From assembly GCA_963715335.1 (NCBI GenBank), contig CAVQRZ010000022.1, forward strand, positions 32,001 to 96,000: 64,000 bases of DNA. The letters are read 5' to 3'. Shown here piece after piece: positions 27,473 through 38,455 of the stretch. The position numbers and the translations under genes are program-made. Position 1 is the first letter of the stretch; every line of letters begins with the position of its first letter. This DNA is from an uncultured delta proteobacterium. Lineage in GTDB: Bacteria; Desulfobacterota; Desulfuromonadia; Desulfuromonadales; BM103. The notes beneath the pieces were generated by a model, which saw nothing but the letters and a program-made list of their open reading frames with translations, did no database searches and was not told where the DNA came from.

Positions 27473-29188
27473 ATGTTCAGGTTTTTTCTTACATCGGTGA
27501 TCCTCTTTGTCCTCATGGGAAGTTCGGCCAGCGCCGGACAGGTTTCCGGGGTGGTCACCCTGTTCAACCAGGAGACCAGCGAGCATATCGAACGCCTGCT
27601 GAGCAGTCGCAATCCCGGAGTCTCTCCGATAACCGGGGTTTCCAGACTGCTTTCACACGATCAGATCTTCAAACTCTATCAAGACCGGGAATTTTCACCG
27701 CTATGGCTCGACGGGTGGCAATTGAAGCCGGGCTCTTCGGTTCTGCTGACCAACCTGCGGGATGCGGGGGCGCATGGTCTCTGTGGTGATGATTATCTGC
27801 TTGTACAGCTGGAGGGGCTGATTCGCCTGCAGGAAGATTTCGCGCATAATAACCTGCCTCTGGCCCCACGGAATCGTGCAGTCCTGGACCTCTTCCTGTC
27901 ACAGGCTTTCCTGACTTTTGCCACTCATCTGGTTGAAGGCCAGGTCGATCCGAACCTGGCATATGTCGACTGGCGCGCCAGGCAGCGTAAGGTCGATCTG
28001 GTCAAGCTTCTTGAATATGCTCTCGATAACGGCAGAATGCAACAGGTCCTGGAAGGGTTGTATCCACCACATGAAGAGTATCGAGCCCTGGTCAGGGCTT
28101 TGGTCAGGTACCAGGAACTTTCGGCGTTGGGCGGCTGGCCGGCGATTCCCTCTGGCCCGGCCATGCGTCCTGGTGACAGGGATCGCAGGGTCCGGCAGTT
28201 AAGAGTCCTGTTGCAGGTGACCGGAGATCTGGTTGTCACCGGTGAAACAGGTGACCGGTACGATCAGGAAACCGTTGGCGCGGTCATGAAATTCCAGGCC
28301 CGCCATGGTTTGGTCGATGATGGCGTGGTGGGTTCGAATACCCTCGTGGCGTTGAACATCCCGGTAGACCAACGCGTCCGTCAGATCGAATTGAACCTTG
28401 AACGTTGGCGCTGGATGCCGAAGAGCTTCGGCAAACGGCATATTCGCATAAATGTCGCTGATTTCAAGCTGACCGTTATTGATAATGGCGAAACCGTTAT
28501 GCAGATGCCGGTGATCGTCGGTACACAATATCGCAAGACCCCGGTTTTTTCCGCCCAGATGACCTACCTTGAATTTGCTCCTTACTGGACCGTCCCGCTA
28601 ACTATTCTCAGGGAAGATAAGCTCCCGATGATCAAGCGGAATCCAAACTACCTTGCAGAAAACCATTTCCGGATTGTCGCCGGTGGTGAAGATGCATTCA
28701 TCGACCCTGCAGGAATTGCCTGGCAGAACGTCAGAGCCGAGAACTTTCCAGGTCAGTTGAGAATGGACCCCGGGCCATGGAACCCGCTGGGTCGTGTCAA
28801 GTTCATGTTCCCCAACCGCTTTGATGTGTATCTGCACGATACAAACCAGTCATCGCTGTTTGACAACAATGTCAGGTCGTTCAGCTCAGGCTGCATCCGG
28901 ATTGGCAGGCCCGATGCCCTGGCCCACTACCTGTTGGCAGAAGAGCTGGGTGCGGAGAAGCTGGACGAGCTGTTATCGGCGACCGAACCGGTGCAGGTTC
29001 CCATCAAACCCGTGCCGGTCCATATCCAGTACTGGACGGCGTGGGTGGACCAGGGGGGCTTTGTCAATTTTCGCCCGGACGTCTATTTTCGAGACCTCGA
29101 CCTGGAAGTGGCTTTAAAGAACCCGGCATACCGGGTCATGGAACAGCTGCAGGCGGGAGCTGGCAAGCGGCTGGCTATGCTTGACTGA
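27473..29188 (+). CDS. L,D-transpeptidase (YcbB/LdtD-like) with peptidoglycan-binding domain
   Basis: FQARHGLVDDGVVG, NLERWRW, YLHDT..FSSGCIR. Confidence 0.92.
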   Translation: MFRFFLTSVILFVLMGSSASAGQVSGVVTLFNQETSEHIERLLSSRNPGVSPITGVSRLLSHDQIFKLYQDREFSPLWLDGWQLKPGSSVLLTNLRDAGAHGLCGDDYLLVQLEGLIRLQEDFAHNNLPLAPRNRAVLDLFLSQAFLTFATHLVEGQVDPNLAYVDWRARQRKVDLVKLLEYALDNGRMQQVLEGLYPPHEEYRALVRALVRYQELSALGGWPAIPSGPAMRPGDRDRRVRQLRVLLQVTGDLVVTGETGDRYDQETVGAVMKFQARHGLVDDGVVGSNTLVALNIPVDQRVRQIELNLERWRWMPKSFGKRHIRINVADFKLTVIDNGETVMQMPVIVGTQYRKTPVFSAQMTYLEFAPYWTVPLTILREDKLPMIKRNPNYLAENHFRIVAGGEDAFIDPAGIAWQNVRAENFPGQLRMDPGPWNPLGRVKFMFPNRFDVYLHDTNQSSLFDNNVRSFSSGCIRIGRPDALAHYLLAEELGAEKLDELLSATEPVQVPIKPVPVHIQYWTAWVDQGGFVNFRPDVYFRDLDLEVALKNPAYRVMEQLQAGAGKRLAMLD

Positions 29189-29211
29189 GCAAGGGGAGGA
29201 AAACGGCCGGT

Positions 29212-30387
29212 CTAAAATAGGTCCTTGATCCAGCCGAAGGCGACCAGGGTGCCGACGGCGGAGCCGAGTGATGAGAAGAAGAATACCAGCAGGACCCTGG
29301 TCAGGCGGTTGCGCCACCAGCCGCTGATACCGGCGATATCTTCCGAAACGTTTTCCAGGTCCCTGACTTTCGGGGGAGCCATGAAAGCCTGGACTATACC
29401 GGTAACGAACCCGGCCCCGATGGTTGGGTTGAGCGAAGTGATGGGCGCTGCGACAAAGGCGGCAAGAATCGTCAACGGATGCCCCAGGGCAACCAGGGCG
29501 CCCAGCGCTGAAAGGCCGCCGTTGGCAAGGACCCAGGCAACGGCAGCGCTGGCCAGCTGTTCAGTATTGCCGACCATGAAGCCGTAGATAAAAAGGCCTA
29601 CCACGATAGCTGGTATCAGCCACGGCAGTAGCTTGGAGAAGGTTGTTTTTTCGGGAATGATTGACAATTCGCTGATTTCCTCAGCGGTAATCTCCTGTCC
29701 CAGTTTTTTCAGAATCCCTGGCATGTGCGCTGCGCCGACGATGGCGACCACTTTGTTCCCCGGCGATTGGCGGATGCGGTGGGCCATGAAGGTATCTCGC
29801 TCATCGACCAGAATCGTTTTGACGGTCGGCAGGATATCTGACATCTCATCGAGCATGGCCGACAGAGTGTCGGTCTGACGCAGTTTGGCCAGTTCCTCCT
29901 CGTTGAGCTCCTGGGTGTCGAAAAGGCTCGCCAGCAAGGTCGAGAAGAGATTCATTTTTTTCCAGAAGCCGGCCCTGCGCCAGGCACGTAGCAGGGTTGT
30001 GCGGATCTCCCGGTCGACCAGCTGGATGTCGAGGCCCATCTCATCAGCGGTTTCCGCAGCGATAGCCAATTCGGCACCGGGTTTGACGCCGGTCTGCAGA
30101 CCCATTCGCTTCTGGAACGATGCGAGGGTCAGGTTGGCCAGAAGGAAAGGGGCCTGCCCCTGCCTGAGGACCTGGACCAGATTGAGTGACTCCCAGTGGC
30201 GGGGATTGCGTAAAGCCCGGTGACGCTGTTCGTCAAGTTCAATGCATACGGTGTCCGGTTGCTCCTCCCGGATGACTGCTTTGACAGTATCGACTGAATC
30301 CTGGGAAATATGAGCTGTGCCAACCAGCACGAATTCGCGGTCGTCAAGCGTGATGCGATGTATGTCGGTATTCTCGTGAGTACTCAT
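29212..30387 (-). CDS. TraB/GumN (PrgY-like) family protein
   Basis: LVGTAHIS, DTVCIELD, KPGAE, DERD, VGAAH, C-terminal TMs. Confidence 0.9.
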   Translation of the reverse strand: MSTHENTDIHRITLDDREFVLVGTAHISQDSVDTVKAVIREEQPDTVCIELDEQRHRALRNPRHWESLNLVQVLRQGQAPFLLANLTLASFQKRMGLQTGVKPGAELAIAAETADEMGLDIQLVDREIRTTLLRAWRRAGFWKKMNLFSTLLASLFDTQELNEEELAKLRQTDTLSAMLDEMSDILPTVKTILVDERDTFMAHRIRQSPGNKVVAIVGAAHMPGILKKLGQEITAEEISELSIIPEKTTFSKLLPWLIPAIVVGLFIYGFMVGNTEQLASAAVAWVLANGGLSALGALVALGHPLTILAAFVAAPITSLNPTIGAGFVTGIVQAFMAPPKVRDLENVSEDIAGISGWWRNRLTRVLLVFFFSSLGSAVGTLVAFGWIKDLF

Positions 30388-30506
30388 GAGCCTCTGCCTG
30401 AAAATTCGGGCAAAGATAGCACAGGATCAGATGAAGAAGAAGAGAATTGCTCGCCAGATGCTTTTTGACGGGGGTGGGACAATCTCCTGAGGGTCCGCAC
30501 AGTAAC

Positions 30507-30536
30507 AAAAAGACGCCGGATAATCCGACGTCTTTG
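30507..30536 (-). terminator. Intrinsic terminator of the 6S-like RNA
   Basis: Minus strand caaagacgtcgga-tta-tccggcgtcttttt. Confidence 0.8.
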
Positions 30537-30715
30537 ACTCTCCACACCTACCGTGGGTCCGTGGCCTCACGACGACGGCCAACAAAGTGGGTAGGACTAT
30601 GAACGCTTCAGGCGTCCTGCTCCGCGACAGGCTTGCACACCACGTTCGCAAGTAACCTTCCCGATCAGATAATATTCCGCGTGGGCATAGCGACCTCACC
30701 TGCAGGGCAGAGAGT
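30537..30715 (-). ncRNA. ssrS: 6S RNA-like
   Basis: ~180-nt rod: closing stem ACUCUC/GAGAGU, CCUGC/GUAGG, GUGAGGUC/GACCCAC; central bubble; GAACGU/GCGUUC and GGUGU/ACGCC; own sigma70 promoter and terminator. Confidence 0.75.
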
Positions 30716-30740
30716 TGAAACGGTGACTTGATGCAGCCCC

Positions 30741-30769
30741 AGTATAAGGAAAATGTCACGGTATTTCAA
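30741..30769 (-). promoter_or_regulatory. sigma70 promoter for the 6S-like RNA
   Basis: Minus strand TTGAAA-N17-TATACT. Confidence 0.75.
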
Positions 30770-30907
30770 GGATAAAGCCGGTCTGAGCCGAAGATATTCT
30801 GCCTAAAAAGCCGGCAGGACATGCACAAAATAGAGCAATCAGCCGTGGTTGAAAAATAATGGTTTACAAAACCCCTGTTATTCCATGGCTTTCTGGCATG
30901 GCGAGGA

Positions 30908-30923
30908 TGGCACGGCTTGTGCG
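30908..30923 (+). promoter_or_regulatory. sigma54 promoter for the histidine kinase
   Basis: TGGCACGGCTTGTGCG (GG-N10-GC); tandem NtrC-like sites at 30800-30837. Confidence 0.65.
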
Positions 30924-30938
30924 TTATCAATGGCTAAG

Positions 30939-32525
30939 ATGATCGCCGCAAGTTTGCCAAATATATCTGAACAGAAGTCCGAACGCTTGTTGAATGCCCT
31001 GATCGAGATCGGCCAGGAACTTGCTTCGACAACCGATCTCCAGGAGCTACTTGATACATTGCTCAGGGTGGCGCGTGATGTCTTTCGTTTCGAGAACGCA
31101 ATTATCCGCCTTCTGGACGACGATGGTCTGCACCTGCTAGCGGCTACCGCTTACGGTTATACCGAGGATGCCATGGGTCCGATCCGGATTGGCCAGGGCG
31201 TGATGGGGAGGACAGCAGAAATACAGAGGCCGATCCTTGTTGAAGATGTCCGCAAGCTCCCTGACTATGTCCCGGGGATTCCCGGTGCCCGGTGTGAACT
31301 GGCCGTCCCGTTGATCAGCAAGAACAGGCTGGTCGGTGTCCTTAACATGGAGAGTCCCCAGCCCGGTGCGTTTTCCCACGCAGACATCGAACCTTTGATG
31401 ATTCTTGGCCGCCAGGCCGCGATCGCCATCGACAACGCGAAACTCTATGGGCGACTGACGAAGATGTCGGAGAGCTATCGCCAGTTGTACCAGTTCAGCG
31501 ACCGGATTCTGAAGAGTGTCAACCTGGGAGTTTACACCGTCGATACGGAAAAGATGATTACGTCCTGGAACAGCAAAATGGCAGAGATGAGCGGTATATC
31601 TACTGAACAGGCGATTGGCGCTCGTTTGGAGGAACTCTTTCCCAATCTGGTTGAAGAGGGTGTCATCGAAAGGATTGACCGGGTTCTGAAGAGTGGCAAA
31701 AAGGAAAAACTGCGACTCCTGCACCGACAGTTGGATGGCGCGGGCCGTTTTCAGAAACGCCGGCTTGCGCCATTGCGTGACGGTGACGATGTGACTGGCG
31801 TGGTCATCATCGTCGAGGATATTACCGAATTCAAGCGATTGCTTGATCAGACCATACAGAATGAAAAGTTGGCCGAGGTCGGCAGGCTTTCTGCCGGGAT
31901 TGCTCACGAGATCAATAACCCGCTGGCCATGGTCGCCTACGCAACGGAACTGCTCAAGCGTGAAAAGCCTCTCACCGGCTTCCAGGAAGAAATGCTCGAC
32001 AAGATCGAAACGGAAGTGGAGCGCCTGAGAACCCTGACCGGTGGTCTGTTGTCGTTTTCAAGCAATCGGAGCACGCTGAACCGGGTCGTCAATCTAAATG
32101 ACCTGATTGCCGAGGTGCTGAAACTCCTGCGCTTTGAACTTCAGCGCAAGTCGATCCGTCTTGAGACCGAATTCAGCGCGATCCCGGTCATCTCCGCCGA
32201 TCCGAACAAGCTTAAGCAAGTGGTTATTAACCTTGTTATGAATGCGGTCCATGCTATACAGGGTGAAGGCAGGGTGGTACTGAAGACCTGTATCAACCGG
32301 AATGGCCACCTCGAGCTGCTGGTCAAAGATGACGGCCCGGGAATTCCTGCAGAGTTGCAGGAACAGGTTTTTGCCCCGTTTTTTACGACCAAGCCAGAGG
32401 GTGAAGGAACGGGCCTGGGGCTCTATATCTGCCAAAATATCATCCGTGAACATGGCGGCGTCTTGACTCTGGAAAGTCAACCCGGAGTGGGAACGACATT
32501 CCGCATCTGTCTGCCTGTCGAATGA
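30939..32525 (+). CDS. GAF-PAS sensor histidine kinase (GnfK-like by position; start uncertain)
   Basis: GAF, PAS (ITSWNSKMAEMSG), H-box AHEINNPL, N-box, DDGPG, FFTTK, GTGLGL. Confidence 0.9.
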   Translation: MIAASLPNISEQKSERLLNALIEIGQELASTTDLQELLDTLLRVARDVFRFENAIIRLLDDDGLHLLAATAYGYTEDAMGPIRIGQGVMGRTAEIQRPILVEDVRKLPDYVPGIPGARCELAVPLISKNRLVGVLNMESPQPGAFSHADIEPLMILGRQAAIAIDNAKLYGRLTKMSESYRQLYQFSDRILKSVNLGVYTVDTEKMITSWNSKMAEMSGISTEQAIGARLEELFPNLVEEGVIERIDRVLKSGKKEKLRLLHRQLDGAGRFQKRRLAPLRDGDDVTGVVIIVEDITEFKRLLDQTIQNEKLAEVGRLSAGIAHEINNPLAMVAYATELLKREKPLTGFQEEMLDKIETEVERLRTLTGGLLSFSSNRSTLNRVVNLNDLIAEVLKLLRFELQRKSIRLETEFSAIPVISADPNKLKQVVINLVMNAVHAIQGEGRVVLKTCINRNGHLELLVKDDGPGIPAELQEQVFAPFFTTKPEGEGTGLGLYICQNIIREHGGVLTLESQPGVGTTFRICLPVE

Positions 32526-32609
32526 GCATTTAATCTGTGCATCCGTGTTGATTATTTAAGCAGATTGACTCCATGAATGGCGACTATTGTTTGTAACTTA
32601 CTGAAATAA

Positions 32610-33158
<549 letters not shown>

Positions 33159-33196
33159 AACTAACGAAAGCTGAACAAGATAAAGGAGAAGAAATC

Positions 33197-34582
33197 ATGA
33201 AGAAGTTTCGTATTGCACTGCTCGCCGGTTCCTTGATTGCGCTGCCGGCCCTTGTCCTGGCTGAAGACGCACCGGTTTCTGAGATGTCTTATATCCTCAA
33301 TACCTTTTCGTTTCTGATCATGGGTGTGCTGGTCATGTGGATGGCAGCAGGTTTCGGCATGCTTGAGTCCGGCCTGGTCCGTTCCAAGAACGTTGCGACC
33401 ATCTGTCTGAAGAACATTTCGCTGTTTGGCATCGCCGGCATCCTCTTCTATCTCACTGGTTACAATCTCATGTATGCCGGCGTCGATGGCGGTTACATCG
33501 GTTCTTTCGGCATGTGGGCCGCTGACGATGCCGCAGCCCTGGCCGGCGATTATTCTGGTAATTACGCCGCAGCTTCCGACTGGTTTTTCCAGATGGTGTT
33601 CTGCGGTGCGGCTTGCTCGATCGTCTCAGGTTGTGTGGCCGAGCGCATCAAGCTCTGGTCGTTCCTGCTCTTCTGCGCGATCCTGTGTGGGATTATCTAC
33701 CCGATTCAGGGCTCCTGGGGCTGGGGCGGCGGCTGGCTGTCAGGCATGGGGTTTGTCGACTTCGCTGGTTCCACGATCGTTCACTCGGTTGGCGGCTGGG
33801 CCGCACTGACCGGTGCCATCATCCTCGGCGCCCGTAAAGGCAAGTACGGCAAGGGCGGACGCGTCAACCCGATGCCCGGTTCCAACATCCCGTTGGCCAC
33901 TCTCGGCACTTTTATCCTCTGGATGGGCTGGTACGGCTTCAATGGTGGCTCGGTCCTCGCTCTCGGTGATGCAGCCAGTGCCATTTCGATGTCCAACGTC
34001 ATGGTCAACACCAACATGGCTGCCTGCGGTGGCATGATCGCAGCCATGATCATGGTCCAGGTCCTCTACAAGAAGGTTGACGTAACCATGGCCCTCAACG
34101 GCGCACTGGCCGGCCTGGTCTCAATTACCGCCGGCCCGGATACCCCTTCTCTCGGCGCAGCCTGCCTGATCGGTGCCGTAGGCGGTGTCCTGGTTGTCCT
34201 GGCCGTTCCCTTCTTCGACAAACTGAAGATCGACGACGTGGTCGGTGCCCTCTCCGTCCACCTGGTCTGCGGCATCTGGGGCACCATGGCCGTGCCGTTT
34301 ACCAATGGTGAAGCGAGTTTTGTGACCCAGTTCATCGGTGTCGCAGCGACTGGCGCTTTCGTCATCGTTGCCAGCGCCATTGTCTGGTTTGCCATCAAGG
34401 TCACCATCGGTATCCGCTGCAGCGAGGAAGACGAGTATCGCGGCCTCGACGTCTCGGAAATCGGTATGGAAGCCTATCCTGACTTCCAGACGGTTCACCT
34501 CGGGGGCCTGGGATCCCCGGCTCCCGGTCTCGGCGATGCTCCCGCAGCAGCACGCGTGGCCAGACCGGTTGCTCAAAGCTGA
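33197..34582 (+). CDS. amtB: Ammonium transporter
   Basis: FFQMVF, AER, DFAGSTIVH, GWYGFNGGS, IDD..SVH. Confidence 0.95.
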   Translation: MKKFRIALLAGSLIALPALVLAEDAPVSEMSYILNTFSFLIMGVLVMWMAAGFGMLESGLVRSKNVATICLKNISLFGIAGILFYLTGYNLMYAGVDGGYIGSFGMWAADDAAALAGDYSGNYAAASDWFFQMVFCGAACSIVSGCVAERIKLWSFLLFCAILCGIIYPIQGSWGWGGGWLSGMGFVDFAGSTIVHSVGGWAALTGAIILGARKGKYGKGGRVNPMPGSNIPLATLGTFILWMGWYGFNGGSVLALGDAASAISMSNVMVNTNMAACGGMIAAMIMVQVLYKKVDVTMALNGALAGLVSITAGPDTPSLGAACLIGAVGGVLVVLAVPFFDKLKIDDVVGALSVHLVCGIWGTMAVPFTNGEASFVTQFIGVAATGAFVIVASAIVWFAIKVTIGIRCSEEDEYRGLDVSEIGMEAYPDFQTVHLGGLGSPAPGLGDAPAAARVARPVAQS

Positions 34583-34662
34583 TCAATTAATCGCCCCCGC
34601 GGGACATTGTGTCCCGTGGGGATTTTTTTGTGCTTTTTTTTAAATAACAAAAGGAGAAAAAA

Positions 34663-35430
34663 ATGAAGAAAATGGTAATAGCTGGAATTGTGTTGTTTGT
34701 ATTGTCGTTCGCCGTGAGTGTGCCTGCCTTTGCGGCTATCGAGGTTGAGGGTGATGTGTATGCCGGGTTTTATGACAAGTACATGTGGCGAGGTCTGGAC
34801 TTGAGTGCCAGTGAGCCGGTTCTGCAGGGCGGCGTCGACATTAGTGCCAAAGGGTTCACCCTGAGCTACTGGTCAAACGTGCAGCTCTCCGATGGATGTT
34901 CGAGCGGTGATGACGAATGTGCCCTGGATAGCGATGAAGTGACTGAGACAGATATTACCCTGGATTACACCCATGAGTTTGGCTCGATTTCGGTAAGCGT
35001 CGGTGACATCTACTATAACTTCAATGTCCCAGGCAACACTCACGAACTCTATCTCGGCGTCTCTGCCGACGTTCTGCTCTCCCCGTCGGTCAAGGTCTAC
35101 TACGACTGGGATTATGCCAATGATATCGATGTCGATGGTCTCTACTACAGCTTCGGTGTGAGCCACAGCTTTGGCTTGATGGAAAACCTTTCGCTTGGCC
35201 TTGGCGCCGCCGCCAACTACAGCGATGAGAGCCCGTACCTGCTGGATGCTAACGAGGAAGTTTACTCTGAATGGCACAACTACGAGCTGAGCAGCAGTAT
35301 TGACTACGCGATTACCGATCAGATTTCTGTTTCTGCATCTTTTGTCTTCTCAGAGGGCCTCAGCGATGAATCCAGAGAGGCCCTTGACAGCGAAATGGCT
35401 AGCGGAGTGAGCGTAACCTTGGCTTTCTAA
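34663..35430 (+). CDS. TorF/Gcw_chp-like outer-membrane protein (putative porin)
   Basis: Signal peptide; KYMWRG..PVLQGGVD; C-terminal F. Confidence 0.75.
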   Translation: MKKMVIAGIVLFVLSFAVSVPAFAAIEVEGDVYAGFYDKYMWRGLDLSASEPVLQGGVDISAKGFTLSYWSNVQLSDGCSSGDDECALDSDEVTETDITLDYTHEFGSISVSVGDIYYNFNVPGNTHELYLGVSADVLLSPSVKVYYDWDYANDIDVDGLYYSFGVSHSFGLMENLSLGLGAAANYSDESPYLLDANEEVYSEWHNYELSSSIDYAITDQISVSASFVFSEGLSDESREALDSEMASGVSVTLAF

Positions 35431-35641
35431 GGATGGGACATCCCAACACCGTCAGGTGTTGCCTCCTGACGATTGAGCCGCCACGTCCTGGTACATGGCG
35501 GCTTTTTCAAGCGGTGGATAAAAGAATCCCGGAAAAGGTTTGTATCGTACAACATAGGTCTGTCAGGGTATGCACCTAGAACATTCGGCTGGCGGCCATT
35601 ACTTTGTCTGGCCGTCGCGACAACTCGTTGGGCCCGCCAAA

Positions 35642-36328
35642 TCATATCAGCATCTCTTGGGCAACTTCCCCGATTCGGTCCAGGAAAAACTGCCAATCCC
35701 CCAGGCTGTTGTTGCCAGGTTCGTCCAGAGCCTGCCTGGCACAGTTTATCCGCTTTGAGACGTTCTCAAAACGGCCTCGGTTTGTGAGCTTAAATGAGTC
35801 AGCTGGTTGACGATTCTCCGGGGTGGTGCAGTCACATTTACAATAAATCTCGGCGGTCAAGATTTGATCTTTTTGTAAAACGGCCATCTCTCGGGCTCTG
35901 GCGAATAACTCCGGATGGAGATTATTCAGGTATAGCAGCCCCTTCATGGCGTTACTGAAAAGATTTTCACAGGGGTGGAAAAGGTCTCCGTACTCCCTGA
36001 CGGCCCGCCGGATGATTTTTTCTTCCCAAAGGATGTCCTTAGGCAACTTCAGCGCTGTCTTGCGTCCCTTGGCCTTGGAATACTCGCTGTCGTCAAACAG
36101 TTCGGGAGTGAGGTGGCCGATGTCTTCGAATAGTGCGGGAGTGAGGAGATCGATATCTTCGAGTATTTCAGGGTAGGCCTGTTCCATGGCCTCTAAAAAC
36201 TGCTTTGCCCTGTACTTCTCCTTCGGGGTGCCTATCGAGAAAATGATTCGCTCCAGGGCCATTCTCTGTCGTAGCCGATGCACCCAGACAAACTCACGGG
36301 CGGTTAATTTTTCAGTGGGCTTTGTCAT
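35642..36328 (-). CDS. Hypothetical protein
   Basis: 228-aa ORF with GGAG upstream; internal 11-aa tandem duplication; no family recognised. Confidence 0.55.
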   Translation of the reverse strand: MTKPTEKLTAREFVWVHRLRQRMALERIIFSIGTPKEKYRAKQFLEAMEQAYPEILEDIDLLTPALFEDIGHLTPELFDDSEYSKAKGRKTALKLPKDILWEEKIIRRAVREYGDLFHPCENLFSNAMKGLLYLNNLHPELFARAREMAVLQKDQILTAEIYCKCDCTTPENRQPADSFKLTNRGRFENVSKRINCARQALDEPGNNSLGDWQFFLDRIGEVAQEMLI

Positions 36329-36397
36329 CGGTCCACTCCAACGTATATATTCGATAAATTTACCCTTGGGTCCGGCAATCTTTTTATTATGGTCGGA

Positions 36398-36790
36398 TCA
36401 GGTTGCAATGAATTTCAGGGCCGCCGAGTTGATACAATAACGCAGGCCGGTGGGCTCGGGGCCGTCCTCAAAGACATGCCCCAGGTGTCCCTCGCAACGG
36501 CTGCAATGCACTTCGTTGCGGACCATCAGCCAACTGCGGTCCTTCGCATGGCCAATATTCTCCCTGGCTATCGGCTGGTAAAAACTCGGCCAGCCGCTTC
36601 CGGAATCATATTTGTTGTCGGCATGGAACAGGTCCTGACCGCAGCAGACGCATTGATAGACGCCGGACTCGTAATATTTGTCATATTCGCCGGAAAAAGC
36701 ACGTTCGGTTCCGCGCTCACGGGTCACCCGGAATTGTTCCGTTGTGAGCTGGGCCTGCCACTCTTGCTTGGTTTTTATAATTTTGCCCAT
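36398..36790 (-). CDS. msrB: Peptide methionine-R-sulfoxide reductase
   Basis: GTERAF, KYDSGSGWPSF, GHLGHVFEDGP, RYCINS. Confidence 0.96.
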   Translation of the reverse strand: MGKIIKTKQEWQAQLTTEQFRVTRERGTERAFSGEYDKYYESGVYQCVCCGQDLFHADNKYDSGSGWPSFYQPIARENIGHAKDRSWLMVRNEVHCSRCEGHLGHVFEDGPEPTGLRYCINSAALKFIAT

Positions 36791-37091
36791 GGTGTAAGCC
36801 TCCCCGGCGGCATCTCAGCAATCGAGCCGTTTGCACAGCATAACATAACTCGATTCATACTGCATTCGCCCAGGGGCCTTCCAAGTCGAATCAGAGTGAG
36901 ATAGCCTGTTGCCGGATGTCTTAAGAGAATCTCGGTGCCTAGCGTTGCCGTTGGTTGACGATGCGGCATGCAGGTTTTACTTGAACAGAGGCAGCATGAA
37001 GGCGTGTTTTTGTCCGATGCATTCTGCCCACATGCTGTTATTATGGTCGTGTAAGTAAAATGATTTAGTCCATCTATCTGGGGAGACGAAA

Positions 37092-37664
37092 ATGAAAAAA
37101 GTCCTTTTGCTGGTTGTGTTTACACTGACTCTTGTGTCCCTGAGCGCATGTTTAGCGCCTCAGGGCGATACTCCGGAAAAGAAACGTACCGCGATCATCG
37201 ACATGCACGATGATACGCTCTCCCGGCTTTATCAACAGCGGCCTACGGCCAGGAGCGTAATCGACCAGTCCGCTGGTTACGCGGTTTTCAGTAATGTGAA
37301 TGCCCTGTATTTAATAGTCGGAGGTGGGGGTGGCTATGGTGTCGCTGTCGACCGGTCATCAGGACACAAGACTTACATGAAGATGGCCCAAGTTGATCTG
37401 GGCCTGGGGCTGGGCGTCCAGGACATCCGTGTCATTTTCGTTTTTCACAGTGCCCGGGCTTACATGGATTTCGTCAACAGCGGCTGGGAGTTCGGCGGCC
37501 AGGCTGATGCGGTAGCGAAGGCGCGCGATAAGGGTGTCGCAGCGACTGGAGAGATTTCGATTGATGCTGAAACGACCATGTACACCATGTCGGAAGCAGG
37601 CCTGATGGCCAAGGTCAACCTGGCCGGAACCAAGTACTGGAAAGATGCTGGCCTGAATTATTAA
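37092..37664 (+). CDS. YSC84/SYLF-like lipoprotein
   Basis: Lipobox LSAC; AGYAVF, GGGGGYG, GWEFGGQADA, GTKYW. Confidence 0.8.
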   Translation: MKKVLLLVVFTLTLVSLSACLAPQGDTPEKKRTAIIDMHDDTLSRLYQQRPTARSVIDQSAGYAVFSNVNALYLIVGGGGGYGVAVDRSSGHKTYMKMAQVDLGLGLGVQDIRVIFVFHSARAYMDFVNSGWEFGGQADAVAKARDKGVAATGEISIDAETTMYTMSEAGLMAKVNLAGTKYWKDAGLNY

Positions 37665-37693
37665 TCGAAATGGTTCCAGCAAGGAGATAAGCC

Positions 37694-38455
37694 ATGCCGG
37701 AGATTGAAACTGTCGATATCATCAGGGCGAAAGATCGCCATTTTACAGATCTTGGCTGGCTGAAAACCTATTGGCTGTTTTCCTTTGCCAACTATTACGA
37801 TCCGCACAATATCCAGTTTGGCGCCTTGCGGGTTTTCAACGACGACGTGGTCGAACCGGGCACCGGTTTTCCGACCCATCCCCACGAGGAGATGGAGATC
37901 ATAACCATCGTCCTTGATGGCGAGATGACCCACCAGGACAGCATGGGCAACAAGGCCGCCATCAAGGCTGGTGACGTGCAGAGGATGTCTGCCGGAACCG
38001 GTTTGACGCACTCCGAATTTAATCTTGCCGATGAACCTGTGCACTTCTACCAGATCTGGGTCTTGCCTGATGCCCAGAGGCTGGAACCCTCTTATGATCA
38101 GCGTAGTTTTACTCCCTCACAATGGCGGAACAGGATCCTGCCGGTTGCGTCCGGCCAGGGGCTGGAAAACGTGGTGAGCTTCCACGCTGATGCCACCATT
38201 TATCGTGGGCAGCTGGATGCTGGGAATCGTCTGGATTTCGACAATACGGCCGGACGCAGGCTTTTTGTCTATCTGACCGAGGGGGAATTGACGCTGGACG
38301 GTTTGGTCCTCAGCAAAGCAGATCAGGCCCGTGTCGATAAAGAGAAGCCCTTGTGCCTGGTGGCCGGTGCTGACGCCGAATTCATCTTGGTGGATGTCCC
38401 GTCCTGCAAGGGGTGGGGATACAGCGACAGGACCCTGAGCGGCAAGAAGCAATAA
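37694..38455 (+). CDS. Pirin family protein (YhhW-like)
   Basis: GALRVFNDD, FPTHPHEEMEI, MSAGTGLTHSE. Confidence 0.93.
   Translation: MPEIETVDIIRAKDRHFTDLGWLKTYWLFSFANYYDPHNIQFGALRVFNDDVVEPGTGFPTHPHEEMEIITIVLDGEMTHQDSMGNKAAIKAGDVQRMSAGTGLTHSEFNLADEPVHFYQIWVLPDAQRLEPSYDQRSFTPSQWRNRILPVASGQGLENVVSFHADATIYRGQLDAGNRLDFDNTAGRRLFVYLTEGELTLDGLVLSKADQARVDKEKPLCLVAGADAEFILVDVPSCKGWGYSDRTLSGKKQ

Noticed and set aside
30427..30759. 110-aa ORF over the 6S-like region
   Set aside because: No RBS or family features; the region is better explained as a structured RNA with promoter and terminator
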